Assembly: GCA_028023455.1 (NCBI GenBank)
Contig: JAQFVV010000002.1
Location: 10,416,001-10,480,000, forward strand
From: Epiperipatus broadwayi
Taxonomy: Eukaryota > Animalia > Onychophora
DNA length: 64,000 nucleotides
Direction of reading: 5' to 3'
The position numbers and the translations under genes were made by a program. The notes beneath the pieces were generated by a model. The model made no database searches. It saw only the letters and a program-made list of their open reading frames with translations, and was not told the DNA's origin. Shown piece after piece: positions 25,543 through 39,914 of the stretch; position 1 is the stretch's first letter, and every line of letters begins with the position of its first letter.

Positions 25543-26455
25543 ATAAATCTTCTAAAGTCTCAAGCATCAGTCTTAACTTTCTTTGATATTCAAGATAATT
25601 ACTTTTTGAAATAAATTATGGGATTGAGAACTGTTTTATATATGGGTGTGCTATTTTCAGTTGATTTTCATTGAGGTTTATTTATGTAACAGATAACATC
25701 ATGATAGTGATAGAGTTTAATTAACTATTTACATATATTTTCTCATACCCAACAATCATATAGTTTGCTAACTGGAAGAATAAATAGATAAAGATTACAA
25801 CAATTAGTCTTATTAGTAAGAAAGGGGAATGCAATGCTTTATGCTTACAAAACATACATACTTCCAGCACTTATGACTTGCCTCATAAAAAGTCTCATAC
25901 TTGTTTGTCACTAGCAGTTTTCTATTCTATATTTCATGCAACCTAATTCCACACAAGAGATTTATAATATTGTAAGTTACTTCCTGGAAAGCAATTTTAA
26001 AGTCTGGAAATTTCATTATTTTTAAATGGATTTTAATATTAAAAAATATCTTCCTTATTATATTATAAGCATAATTTGAATTTCAGACTACTTAATTGAT
26101 TGTTTATATAGTAGGCTATGTGTTTGTTTGTTAATTATCTAATTAGTCAACTGCATTATTTCTTAAATCTGATTTTGAGAGATTTCTATTTGCTAAACAT
26201 GTACATTATTGAGGTAAATTTTAGACAGTCTACATGTTTAAATGAACTATTTACTTTAAACACAATTTTATTAATTATGATGTAAGATTAATTAATATAA
26301 TGATAAGTTGCCTGTTAGAACTGATATTCATACAAAACAAGGCAAAAGTATTCTATAAGTAGTCAAAATAAGAGTCATAGATCACATGAAACCTATCTCT
26401 TAAGCTTATGTATTTTCAAATTTTATTACAAATTTATATAATTTTATGATATGGA
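25543..26455 (+). repeat. Left arm of a ~0.9-kb diverged inverted repeat
   Basis: Reverse complement of 29105-30067, with long shared blocks, e.g. cttccagcacttatgacttgcctcataaaaagtct and gtcactagcagttttctattctatatttcatgcaacctaattccac. Confidence 0.9.
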
Positions 26456-26799
26456 TATTAATTAATTTGAATATATATAGTTAAATCATTGCTTAGATCT
26501 TCTTTATAAATTTTCATGTAATGAAAGATAGCTCCATGAAGCTGAATAAATATTAGATAAAGTTAGAACTTAATCTCTTGCTTTGATTTTTGTCATTATA
26601 AAAAAATAGTGATTTTAATTTGCTTGTGTTAGAAGTGAAAATAAAATGGCACCATAGAACCCACAGAATGAAAATGATGAATATTGTGCTTTTATTATTT
26701 GTAAAGAGCCTTTTCTCTAAACTAATAATATATGAGTTATATTGATTCATATGATATTTCTATTTGTTTGTCATTCAGATTAGTAAAACAATAAATGAT

Positions 26800-28400
26800 C
26801 CATGTTTTTTTTCATCTTTGCTATATAGAGAATATGTAACATCAATATTAGAGAATTACATTGTAGGCAAAATAGAGAAGTTGGTGAAAAAACACTGAAT
26901 GGACTCTGATTAAAAAAACCAAAAATTTTTTGAAATTTTAATAATTTGGTGATAAGTAAGAAATATTTTCAGGGGTTGGTAGGAATGATATTTTGTAACA
27001 TCTAAATATTTCATTTTATTTGTAAATAAAAAGATGGGAGTATCAGTAAATTTGTGTATATTGTTAATAATGTTAGACAGTAATGATGGATTGTCTCTTG
27101 GTGTTATTTCTCTTATCTCATGTATAAGTGGGAAAAGATTTTGGAAAGTAATTAAGACATTAATAAAACATTTTAAATAAATAATATAAATAGAATGGAA
27201 GGACATCCCTCTAAATTTGTTATGTCTCTACATTATATTAACTGAACTGAATATAAAATGAATTTTAATAAAATAGTTAATTTATTTGAATGCTGTCATG
27301 TAATAGATTTGTTAAAAAATGTTAATATGATGATAAGTGAAAATTTGGCATAGATAAACAGATATGTTTGCCTAAAGAGTTAATCATCTTTTGCATCAAT
27401 ATTAGTAATTAATTTTTGAATATAGATTGTGAAAGAATTAGACATTACAGGAATGGATAAGGTGGGGAGTTTTTTTGGAGGAGCCTTTATAGAGGAAAGT
27501 AATTTCCCTAGACATAATCTTACAAATTAAGGAGTTATTAATATTGAATTAAAGAGATTATTATTATTTAGAATGGTCAAAAGGCAAGGTAAACATTTTT
27601 GGAGGGGAGAATCAGGATTATGTCATCCATTTATGAAATGTGATTTATTGTAGTATATTTATAAATGGAATTTGAATTTCCATGTTTAATTTTTATAACT
27701 AATGTAAATAATAAATAGAAAAGAGTTCAAATGAGAATCCTGGAGGATTGAGTTTAAGTATGTAAAACTAATTTTTTTTTTTCAGTGTGATGTGTATTTC
27801 CCAATTTAGCATAAGGTTGGTAATTAAGAACAAAGAAAGGAAAATATATTTTTTTATTGTAGAATTTTATTAAGTTTGTGGATGGGTATGAGTTAAAAAA
27901 TCTGAAGATATGACCAATTATGGTGATAATTCATACAATTTTAATGAGAATTATCTCGATTATAGTTTTAAGAATTATACTTTTTATACATGAAAATGAT
28001 TTGAGCTTTAAAATCTAATGTAAATTGAATTCATAATTATGTCAGAAGACAGGAGCTAGTGAGGGTTTAAGTGAAAAGTGTAGTTTGAATGCACAGAAGA
28101 GAGAAAAATGATATTTGATGTCAAAGGTAGTAGAGTGCATGTGTGTGTGTGTGGGGGGGGAGACCATAATCTATGAATAGTTTATTGAGGCTGTAATATT
28201 TTTTATAAGTATAAAATAAAATATATTGAAGTTTCCTATTAGTATAAGTAAGTAAGGGTTAATGAATAGTGCATGTAATTTATGAGTTGATAATTAATGT
28301 TTTTTTCTGTAGATGATAACTTGGTATTGAATAACAATGTAGAAATGGTAAATTACTATTTATGAGTATTCCCATTGAAGCTATAGAAGAATTTTCAACA
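26800..28400 (-). mobile_element. Decayed Penelope-like RT relic(s) between the inverted arms
   Basis: NIINNIHKFTDTPIFLFTNKMKYLDVT (ORF 26910-27206) and SPPKMFTLP resemble PLE RT motifs. Confidence 0.45.
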
Positions 28401-29104
28401 TAAGAGTATAAATAATTAGATAGAAAGGCATTTGGATTTATTGTAGTTTTGTTTTTTATAAAAGTAATGATATGAATCTTAAACTGCTTGATGGAATTTT
28501 TGTTAAAAAACAGAAGTTAATTGGAATTTAATTCTCTAACACTTATTTTTGCAATGTTTCACTCCATGCACAGCTGAGAATTAAGTTGTAAAATATATAA
28601 TACAGAAAATAATAATGAGAATAAATAAACAAAATCAATTTAGGATTTCTTGCAAAAATGTAAGCAACAAGAATTATGTGAAATTTAGAGGTGATCACTT
28701 GAATAATATTTACCTTTGTATGAACTATTTGTAATTTAAGAATATTAGATTTTTTTTATTTTTTATGTTTTTTACAAGTAGCAACATCTGCTGAAATTAG
28801 TTCTTGTTTTTCTTAAACAGTGAATCTGTACTATTTTCAGATAATCTTGTTTAATATACAGGTCTCTCATTCAGTGAAATGTTTGCAATTAGAGTAGGTT
28901 GATTTTTATAACATTTGTTAAGATTGTTTATATCTTCATTGACTTGGTGATTCCCCCTCCCCCTCCATTTTTTTTTCTTTTTAACTTCAACAAAGTTTGA
29001 AGTTTCATCTGAGGATTTTTTGTTGATTTTTGAATTTAGTAGTTAAGTTTTTAGTATCCACATCTGATTCATTTGTTGTAGGTTGAAATCTATTGTATGT
29101 ATGA

Positions 29105-30067
29105 ACTATATCATGCAGTTATATAAATTTTGCCTAGAATTTGAAAATATGTACAAACATAGAATACTTTGGCCTTTTTTGTATGAATATAAATGTAATT
29201 CTTAACACTCTCAGTTCTAACAGGTAGCTTATCATTGTATTAATTAATCTTGCATTTTTATTAACAAAATTGTGTTAAAAGTAAATAGTTCATTTAAACA
29301 TGTAGACTGTCTAAAGTTTACCTCAATAATGTACATGTTTAACAAATAGAAATCTCTCAAAATCAAATTTAAAAAATAATGCAGTTAACTAATTAGATAA
29401 TTAACAAGCAAACAAATAACCCATTCTATAAACTGATCAATTAAGCAGTCTGAAATTAATATTATGTTTACAATATAATAAGGAACATTTTTTAAATATT
29501 AAAATCCATTTAAAAATAATGAGATTATTTCCAGACTTTAAAATTGCTCTCCAGGAAGAAGCTTGAAATATAAATTTGTAAGGTGGAATTAGGTTGCATG
29601 AAATATAGAATAGAAAACTGCTAGTGACAAATAGGTATTAGACTTTTTATGAGGCAAGTCATAAGTGCTGGAAGTGTTTACATTTTGCAAGCACAAGGCA
29701 ATGCGTTCCTCTTTCTTACTAATAAGACTAATTGTTATAATCTTTATCTATTCTTCCACTTAGCAAACTACATTATTGTTAAGTATGAGAATATATATGT
29801 AAATAGTTAATTAACCTAAAAATATATTAGTACCAAATAAAAAAACATATAACATTAAGAACTAGCTATATAACAAAATTTACATTAAAATTCTCTCACT
29901 ACCATGATTTCATTTATTACATAAAAAAACCTCAATCAAAATCAACTGAAAATAACACACACATATATAAAACACTATTATATCCCATAATTCATTTGAA
30001 AAAACCAACTATCTTGAATATCAAAAAAGTTTTTATAAGACTGATGCCTTAGATTTCAGACAATTTA
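29105..30067 (-). repeat. Right arm of the inverted repeat
   Basis: Reverse complement of 25543-26455, with several indels. Confidence 0.9.
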
Positions 30068-30538
30068 CTTGTACAAATTGCATAGCTGAATTGCTTCTGT
30101 GTTTTGATGTTTCTTGATATTGTATTGCTATAAGATTGATTTAGTTTTTCATAGTAGATTGGTTTTAAGGATTAAATGTGTATGTTTTATAAATATATAA
30201 ATATCTTTCTGGACATAGTGTTACCATGATTTGCCAAAAAAATACTGTGGGGTAATTTCCTTGAAGATATAATAAGCAAAATATCTCTGTTGCATTTAAA
30301 GTTGATAAGTTTAAAAAATAAATAACTTTGTATACAGAGTGAGAATGAAAATTGTTGTGATAGCATGTACACTGATTCTCTTTTTTTATAAAGATATTAG
30401 AACTGCATTACTTGACATATTTTTTCATTAGATTATTCATATCAGTGGAGATAAAAATCTATATAACAATTTTTAATTTGACTAGCTAAAGTATCATCAC
30501 TTTTAATCATTTCTATGCCATTTATTATAAGATTTAGT

Positions 30539-30816
30539 ATGCAATAATAGATGCCAGATAATAGTGTTTATTAATTCTTATCCTGCACTTTCTTATCCAA
30601 TATCTTCAGATAGTTTTAGGCTTATGGCTTTTATCCATGAGGAGCTTTAGATTTTAGACAATCTTTAAGATCTAATGCAATAATAGATGCCAGATAATAG
30701 TGTTTATTAATCCTTATCCTGCACTTTCTTATCCAATATCTTCAGAGTAGTTTTAGGCTTATGGCTTTTATCCATGAGGAGCTTTAGATTTTAGACAATC
30801 TTTAAGATCTAATGCA
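30539..30816. repeat. Near-perfect 136/137-bp tandem duplication
   Basis: Units 30539-30674 and 30675-30811 differ by one substitution and one 1-bp indel; atgca occurs at all three junctions. Confidence 0.95.
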
Positions 30817-33800
30817 CCCTCCTTCCAGCAGTTACCATTTATCTCTCTGTTATACTATCAAGCTATCAGTCCAAACTAAAAAACACTCAACAGTGACAAA
30901 TGATGCTGTTATAACATTAATATGTAATACAAAATGATTTTTATTGATTTCCTATATAAAGTAATGAGATCAAAATTGAATGCAATGATCCACTCATTAG
31001 TTCTAAAACACTTCACATAATTCTATAATAAATAATTCTCTTATAACAATAACAGATAAAATGCATTTATTACAAAATTCCCTACAGATTAATCTTATCA
31101 ACTACTAATGACAAAAACTATGGGGCATGATTTATAAAATCAGTAATACCATATTTTTTTGGTATTTACTAGTGTCTAAAATTGCTTGATGGGAAATTTT
31201 TTAATGTATATATTTATATCTGATTATTGTTCAAATTAGTCTTTTTATTACAGGATTTTGTAAAAGATTTTAGAATAAATGGAAGATTGTTGCATTAAAT
31301 TTTGTAGCTATTTCTGAAGTTTTCGCTTCTAATATTTGTTAGTTAATATGAGTGGTTATAATTAGCAATACTATTGTCTATTTTTTTATTGTTTAAAAAA
31401 TATTATTTCTTATTTTAATTAAATTAGAATTTTTGATTTCCACATTATTTTTAACATAAATTTTCACAACTGTCTGAAGCTATTGATTGTTTCATGACTC
31501 TATTGTTTGACATAGATTTCTTACCATTAGATATGGTTGTAGAGAGTTTCCTTTTAGTTTCACTATTATTTGAAGGTTTGTCTATTGAATTATTTGAAAT
31601 GTTATTGCCCCCCCCCCTCATTTTTAAAGTTAATAGGATATGAGTTAACATTAGCTTCTAATAAAAAAAATTATTCTGAATTTAAAGTATACTTACTATT
31701 TCCATAGAAATTTGTAGCAAAATTTTAAGTTTCTATGGTAGTTTTAAACAAGCAGTTTTTAAAAGGGCTTACCTTAAGGAGAAATTCCTATTGATTAATC
31801 GATCTATTTGTAAAAAGCAATTTGACAAAATCCAAGTTACAGCTATCTGCATACTATAATTTTTAGCTGGTGAGTTTTAAATAGATTATTTGAAATCTAA
31901 TTAATAAAGGGAAGCCATGATATGCTCTATATCAATATACTCCATTAAAAAAATGCACATATGTATAAAAATTAAAGAAGCAAGGTAAAAACATTAAAAT
32001 TTAATAAATTTATATACTGTATATGTATCATGCACAGAATCATGGCAGCCATTTTTCATGTTGGTTCACACTCACTAAATCTAACATTCTTATACAATCT
32101 TGTTTATTAATCATACTGAGTGCAAATGCATTTGTTTTCACCCCCCCCCCCCCCAGTTTAATAAAGAGTATTTTGTTTAATAAAATATTTTCTAAGCACA
32201 AAGCTAAAAGCTCTATAGAATTTAAGATGATGCATAAAGTACTATTTTAAGGGATAAAATAAATATTGTGAAAAGAAAAAGAATGTTTCTATAGATGTTC
32301 TTGCATTGCATCAATAAGCTTAAAGTCTGTATAAAGAGTTTAGTTGTGAATATGAAATAGGTAACTCTAAACCATTCATCTGTAAGTAAGAAGTGATTGT
32401 ATATTTTTTAATGCTGATATAAATTAAAACATCAATTGAAGAGAATATATCTACCATAAGAAGGCTGCTATCACATTTTATATACTTAAAAAATATTAAA
32501 GAAAAGAGATATTGAGATCAATAAAACTGAATTGTTTTGATACAACAACAACTTTAGAAATCTAATATTGTCCTTCCCCCCTTTCAAAAAAGTAATTTAT
32601 AGTACAGCAACTTTGTTTATTATTATTTTTCTTAAGCCAATAAACATCACATGATATAGAGAGTTTTACCTGTTTTAATATTACTTTTCTTTTGTATGAA
32701 TGTGAATAAGTGAATATACTTATAGTAAATATGTCTGTATGCTCATTCAATTTATTAATAATAACTAAATTATTTTTTTTAAATTGTTTTAATATTATAA
32801 TACTAATTTATATATGCATAGTATACACATAAAACACATTTATGATATATATGCATTTTGAAAGTTTTGAACATCTGAAACAGGATAGTGCAGTAAACAA
32901 TACATATTGCAAATAAAGTGTTAATTCTTATCTATTATATATGATATACATTAGGTAGTGCTTGGAACAAAATATAGCAGATATTGTGGCTCTACCATAT
33001 ATCTACACATTAAGGCAAAAAAACTATTCCTTGAAATGGAACATTCATAATATAAAATATGAATTTATTTTAAAAATAAAATAAGATATTCTTTCTAGAT
33101 ATAAAAATTGTTCACACATGATATAAAGATTATTTATTTATTTTAATTAATTAGCCCAGTTTAAATGTCTTATTTACAATATCTATTTAAAGTTTGTCAG
33201 ATAAAATATCCTCTCCAGCTTTTATAATTAAAAGTAATCTTAAATAAATTTTGTACTATGAATTTATAACATAAAATGAATTTGTACATAAGAAACTTTA
33301 TAGATATCTGGAAATCAGTTTTATGTTGAATATACTAGAAATATCACTTGTACTATTCATTATAATGACATTCAAGAATATCAGTATAGCATAATTGCAG
33401 TGTTTGTTTGACAGTTTATTACAATGACATTTTACTTGCAATTATGTGTTAGATTATTTCCATCAACTAAAATTAATTGTTTAATGTTTATAGCAGAATT
33501 CAAACTTTTTAAATACATTAAACTGTTAATAATAGTGAACATGTTAGTACATAACACAGTGTTTTGACAGGTGTATTCTTCTCTCTTCTTCAGGTATTGC
33601 TAGTTTGATCAGTGAAAGTACTAGCATACTAATTGAACCTAGAATTTAGATTTGTGAATACTGAATTTAATGCTGTAATCAATTATGCTATATTTCCAAT
33701 GACCAGTTGCTTAGATAATCATTTTAAGTTTAACATTCATAAATAATGCCCCCAGGTTTGATTTCCATGCGAGTACTGCCTGCCATTAGTCATTGAGCAA

Positions 33801-35599
33801 CACCTGAAAAAGAGAAAATAATACCATTCTAAACAAGGTGTTATATACTAATTTATGTGATATTTTATATGATATTACTAACAGTTGAATATTTATATTT
33901 TTTGTTGAGATTAATAGAGATAATTATAATTACCATTATTATTAAAATTTAAAGTATTAATAACTAAGATAAAAAAAAAATTAGAATGATAGATAAAAAC
34001 AATAAATAGTTCATTGTTAGGTAAAGGCTTTTCTAATAAACTCTTGTAGACAGACAATGATGAAGAATCTATTATTTAACAGGCTTCATAATTGTCGAGT
34101 GGCAAGGCTTAAATGATTTTCCATCATTGTTTAACTCTCCATTTAGTAGTGCCACTCATCACAAGCCAGAATGATCAATGCTTGCAAGAAGGTTTGTGCA
34201 CAAAATCCTTATCTAGTTCATACTCATTCAGTATCCCAGATTATTTATTACCCTGACTTGCATTAGGTAGGACTACTGTAGGGAGAGTTTTCTCAACCAT
34301 TTTAACAGTCTGTGTAAGCAAATGAAATACATGTGATGTTTAATGATTTAATACCAATCCTGCCCATAGGATAGTAATGACTATGATTATTAAAGAACCA
34401 AAGACATCAGCATGAATAGATTCTAAACTGATTTTAGATCTATATAACTATACAAGTGAATAAGCTTGGATTGAAAACATTAGTGTGTTTTAATTTTGGA
34501 TTCATAGTTAACCAAAAAAGTAAAAACTGTTTGCTGGAGGATTGCATTAGATCCTAAGGTTTAGGTGCAATGCTCTCAGATCCAAGGCTCCTCGCTGATG
34601 AAAACCATAAGCTAGAAACTAGGGTGGGGATATTGGATGAGTAGGCACATAGAGATTTTATGCACAAACCTCCTTGCATTCATTGATTACTCTGGCTTAA
34701 CTGGGTGACACTAATCTATGGAAAATTTTGCCTCTATTTTAACAGCTCGTGATATTTAGTGGTTTAATTGTTTTACCTTCTTGCTTAGTATAGTTAGATA
34801 CTCTTTTATGATCAATATTTGATAGATAATTAAGTCGGCTACTTGGATAAAATGCTAATCCTGATTTGGAACCTGAAAAAAGTTTTATCGAGGCAGATTA
34901 TAATCCATACCGTGAGAATGATAGGCGGATACGCTACAAATTCAGATTATATAAAAAAAGAAACATTTCTGTTATTAATAAAATTAACAGCAGTATTATG
35001 GATGGTAACTTTATTGGTAATAGTTTTGTTTTTAATTGTTACTTATTTTTTTTTTTTTAAAAAAAAGAAAACAAACACAACAGCTGAAAGATGTTAAATT
35101 TCTAAAGAGCAAGACGCTGTGAGTTTCAGTAATTATAACGATTTGTTCAAATAAATATTTTTAAGTGTAGCTTTCATTCTTTTATCTTTTTCCTTTAAAC
35201 ATTTTCTGCAATTATCACAGCCAATGAAGAAATCCTGTGTGGGAGAGCTGATTTGAAAAAAAAAAAAAAAGTGTTTATATATTACTAATGTTATTTTCTT
35301 CGCCTAACTTCAAATAAATATGTCACTAACACAAACAAATAAAGAATTAAAAAATTATTTATAAATGAAAATGAAGAGAAAAACTCTGTACTTCAATGTG
35401 TTTTCTCTTTTCTCATATTATTGTTAAATATTTAAAAAAATACCTGTTATTTACTTATACGGTCAATAAGAGGCATTAATTAATTTTAAGTTTACCTTAA
35501 AATTTTGCATTATTTAAGCCAGAAATAGAAACCTGTTTATTCAAGATTACCTGTGCACTTTTATAGATTCATTTCTGAATAAATAATATATCTTGGAAA

Positions 35600-35899
35600 A
35601 TAAAAATATATTCGCAATTTGTAAAATCTTATTAAAGTTTAAAATATAGAGGTTCGTATAATATAATTGAAATCCATATTTTTACATCAGTGCAAAATAA
35701 AATTATCGGCTCCCTTATTCTGATATAAACTTTTGACTAAATTTCCAATTTGTTTGGCAAAAAGATAGCAAACACGATCACCAAATGGCAATGTAATACA
35801 TGTCTTAAACCTGTGTGGATTGTAGATGGGGTTTACAAAGACATAGAATGTAAAATGCAAAACATTTATTTTTGAAACAAAGCTTATTATGGATTGCAA
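35600..35899 (-). pseudogene. Penelope-like relic (linker before GIY-YIG)
   Basis: KTCITLPFGDRVCYLFAKQIGNLVKSLY resembles the PLE LPY/F linker motif. Confidence 0.4.
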
Positions 35900-37877
35900 G
35901 ATAAGTAGTATGAGGAGTGAGAGAAATATAAATATGAGAGGTAAAGATTTTGTGTTTTATTTTTGACAAATAATTTAGGAATTATATATTGCAAAAGAAT
36001 AATGTGTGGAAAAATAGATGAGTTTGCAGTAGCAGTAAAAGGTTTAACCAGATAACTTGGCCAACAATATTTCTAGGCATATGATCTTCTATGCATAAAA
36101 TGCATTTGAATTCAGTAAAAAAAAGGCATTTTAAATTACATTGTACTATTTCTCTGGCTATTGAACATCTATTATTCTACATTACACATCATTTTTAAAT
36201 ATTAAATATCCTAAGATATTGATCCTAAATTAACAAACCTTAAAATAGATAGATGTCACTACTTTATAATAAATTAAACTAAGCTGGAAAAAGATAAAAA
36301 GTTATGTAATAACAGTGCATCTCTGAGAGCTTTATTTAAACACTTAGTATTTTTGCAAGTAATGTTTCATTTCCTCCACGAATCTAAGGTTTAGATGAAT
36401 AATTTAATTTTTCCACAACAGATGAAAAGTTCATATTATTTTAAATGAAAGAATGTAATTATCAGTATTGGCATTTAACCTCATTTGCTGACTTCAGATT
36501 TGGTGTGTTTAACACCAATAACAATGTGCCCTTCACTAAAAAATTTTGCAGTTTGATGTCCCTGAAAAATTATTAAATAAAAATATATAAATAATATATT
36601 CATTAAAAACCACAAGTTAAATCATATGTGTAACCTGGGGCCATGTATGACCCTTTATGACTTCTGGAACACACACTTAATTTATAATTATACTAGCATA
36701 ATAAATTTTTATTTACATTTTGTATATTTTCTTTCTGTCTAATACCAAACTTCTCACTAGAATTCACCAACAATTTTTTATTATTGTCCTACAAAACTTA
36801 CATGAATACAATGTTTAGGGAGTTTTTGTTTCATTTAATGATCCAATTTATGGTGAGGAATATCTATCTTTATTGATTTAAACTGAAATTAATAAAGTTA
36901 CAAATTATTTTGAAATAAATGTTTTTAATAAAATTGAATAAAATGTATGCAATACGGTGATAAACAATTTTATCTTATGTTGTGAATGTGAAGAAATAGA
37001 CATTTAAGCTGTATGTTTGATTTTCATTTGTAAACCACCTGTTCTTTCAGACATTGGCATTAAAAAACTTCTCTAAAATATTGCCATCAATTTTTTCATC
37101 TTCAAAAATCATTTTTGTTATATATAATTATTAGTACTGGATGAACTTTGAATATTTATATTAATGTGTTATATTTTAATATAATGAATGATCAGAAAAG
37201 AAAGTAAATTTAGATAAACCTACTAACAAATTATTAATCAAAACTAAACATAATGAGAATGTGTACTCACAATTATTAAATGTAAAATGACTGTAACAGC
37301 TAAATAATGTAAATACTATTTGATCATTAATATAGGACAAATAAGCATTATCTGCAAATATTTATGAAAGATTGGGTTATAAATAAATAAATAGTAAATA
37401 ATTTTTGTCAGTATTGAAAAAAAATAACATTTATGAATGTGAAAAACTGAAGAGAAAACTAATTAATATAAGTTAGATTAAAAATAAATAAATTCCAAAA
37501 CAAAATCTTAGAAAATATAAATAATGATCATAAAGATATGTCGTATGATGATTCATAGCCACATAAGCATTAGATTTTTTAAAAAAAGAATTTAGTAACT
37601 AGTATTAAAAAAATATAAAGATTATTAAACAATAAAAATGATTCCATGTACAAAATTTAAAACTAGACACTTAAATTCATAAAGCAGGATATGTTAAACC
37701 ATAAACAAAAATTAAAATTATAATAATAGTGATTACAAATAAATAAAGTCCATACAATTGGATTTTTCATGTTTTAGTAATCCCACGGAACTATAAAACC
37801 ATACTTCAGCTTCATAAAAGATTTATTGAAGAATCAGTTTTTTCATAAATTATTTTAGTTTATTGCTCAGAAGATCA

Positions 37878-38062
37878 TAAAATGCAATTTATCCATCTTA
37901 CTTTGAACACTTTTTAGTTAAAAAAAAATATATTTTTTTAATTTTAGAAAATTAAAATAGGAATAGCTCTGAAGAAGACTGTTAGGCCAGTCAAAGCATA
38001 TCTACAATAAAAATTTTTTTTGCTAAAAAGTGTTTAAACTAAGATGGATAAATTGCATTTAT
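37878..38062. repeat. MITE-like inverted repeat
   Basis: Perfect 21-bp arms aaatgcaatttatccatctta (37880-37900) / taagatggataaattgcattt (38040-38060), extending imperfectly to about 50 bp. Confidence 0.7.
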
Positions 38063-39421
38063 ATATGATATTATAGCAAAATAAAAAAAAGTGATAGATT
38101 TAGTAATATTTGTGAAGATCATAAAATGTTCAATCACCAGAAATGACAGAGCTGGATTATGATACATGGTCTTTGTTTTATAATCTGCCATTTTATTATT
38201 TCACCAATCTATTCAGGGCATTTTACTGTGAAAGAGCAAAACAGTTTGATTGGTTGAACATATACTAATCTAGTAAATTCTCTTTATTTCAATGCTATAT
38301 TAAATATAAGATTAGCAACAAAAAATATTTTAAAATGTGATCTTTGTTGGTCATATAAAGTCTTCAGGTCAGCTGTTTTCCTCTTAATGCAACAAACCAC
38401 AATATATGGATATAGTTAATATTAAGTTCACAATTTCCTCATGCAGATTCACAATTTTTGAAGTATGGAATAATATGCATTTTATTAACTGGGGATGCAA
38501 TAATTAAATCATAATTTTTTCATTATTTTTCTTTATTTGTGGTTCTTTTCTATAGAACAAATCATAATGAAAACATTTTTGCTATTTTTCTTTGGATTCA
38601 TTACTTAACTTTTATAATAACTTCTCAATTATCTTAATTTTCATTATTTTAATGTTAATTCTTTATGAATTACACACATTGCATAAGACATAACAGAAGT
38701 TAGTAGCAAATTTGCAAACTCAATTAAATTGCTTAATATCGTGTTTATAAAATTTTTATTTTTTTATTAATGAAAAGCGTAGAACATTCCCATGAACTAA
38801 TTGAATTGTATCTTTTGTTACATAATCTCCATTAGCAATCTCTTAAAAATGATTACAGCCACTTCAATTCCAATGAAGTTAGAATGATAAATGATTATTA
38901 GTAGTATGGAATACTGCTATTACTACTATTACTAGTACTACTGCACTAGAGAATGAATTTTGTGATGATTATGAAACCAATCTGTGGATCCTAAATATGA
39001 TCACACACCCAACATGATATTTCATTATTCTATTTATTTGATATTTTATAATGCTGCATGTGGCAAACTTTCAAAAAGAAGGATTCAATTTCTTGTATAA
39101 TTATAACTTTCTATTCTATTTTTTAGCCATATCTTCTCTTTAAAAACAATCAAAATTGCACTTCTTTAGAGAATTTTTGAGACTATAATGTAAATGGAGT
39201 TTTTCTTTCAAATATAATGCTTAGAATCACCATAAAATATTTTAAAAAAAATTGTGATATTATCTGTTTGTTTTACATATCCAATTCAAAAAAACATGAT
39301 TTTACAATAGCAGATTTTATACTTTCACATTCAGCAAACTGAAAAATGTTCTGTTTGCTCTTTTAATATTATAGTATTTTTAGAATTATAAAAATAGTAT
39401 TGAATCAGGCTTTGGAGCATA

Positions 39422-39909
39422 CTGTGTCTATATATTACATATATAGACACAGGTATATAACAAGTCTGTGTTTCAGTTATTACATTGTAGAGATGTCTGC
39501 CCATCCTTGCATATGTATTAAATGGATTATGTCCTGTACATGTGGGGTTCAGATTGATCTTAGGTCAACATGGGTGTGACAGGAATTTCGGCCTCGGGGT
39601 GGCCTTTGAGCATTCCATCATCAGATTTTCAATTGGATGGACAGTTGAAGAGTTGGAGTGTGTAGTAGATTGGAGCCTGTCCATTAAAGTATGAAGATTG
39701 TCTATCTTAATATATATCTGAGCACTTATAGTATATATGTGTGGGAGATGATAATCTGGACCAACTGATGATTGCTGGTTTAGCATGAAATACGTATATT
39801 GGTGATTATTTATCTTTTCAGCATATATATGCTTGAGTGTATCAGTGTTATTAGATAGAGTGGAGAGCAATGGGTCATCTGAAAGTCTGTGCTCATATAC
39901 CCTATATTA
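39422..39909 (+). mobile_element. Retrozyme-like element, copy B: one monomer with a fold-back left end
   Basis: Colinear with 8235-8717 and ends at the same ccctatatta terminus. Left end is a perfect 13-bp hairpin (39422-39434 / 39440-39452). Confidence 0.85.
39760..39803 (+). ncRNA. Minimal type-I hammerhead ribozyme motif
   Basis: Identical to 8093-8136 although the flanking monomer sequence has diverged. Confidence 0.8.
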
Positions 39910-39914
39910 AAATA

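Noticed and set aside
31520-31660. Possible minus-strand exon (NNISNNSIDKPSNNSETKRK) with a gtaaga donor
   Set aside because: The frame from the nearest acceptor is closed unless the 10-G homopolymer is mis-called; the Asn/Ser-rich content is low complexity.
31720-32230. Very degenerate inverted repeat
   Set aside because: Only short patches pair; not distinguishable from chance in AT-rich DNA without alignment statistics.
34595-34625. CTGATGA...GAAA spaced like a hammerhead core
   Set aside because: Intervening bases do not form stem II, and no U16.1 or stem I could be assigned.
35549-35575. 24-nt micro-exon that would splice in frame to 33803
   Set aside because: It lies within or next to a Penelope relic, so a chance match is likely.
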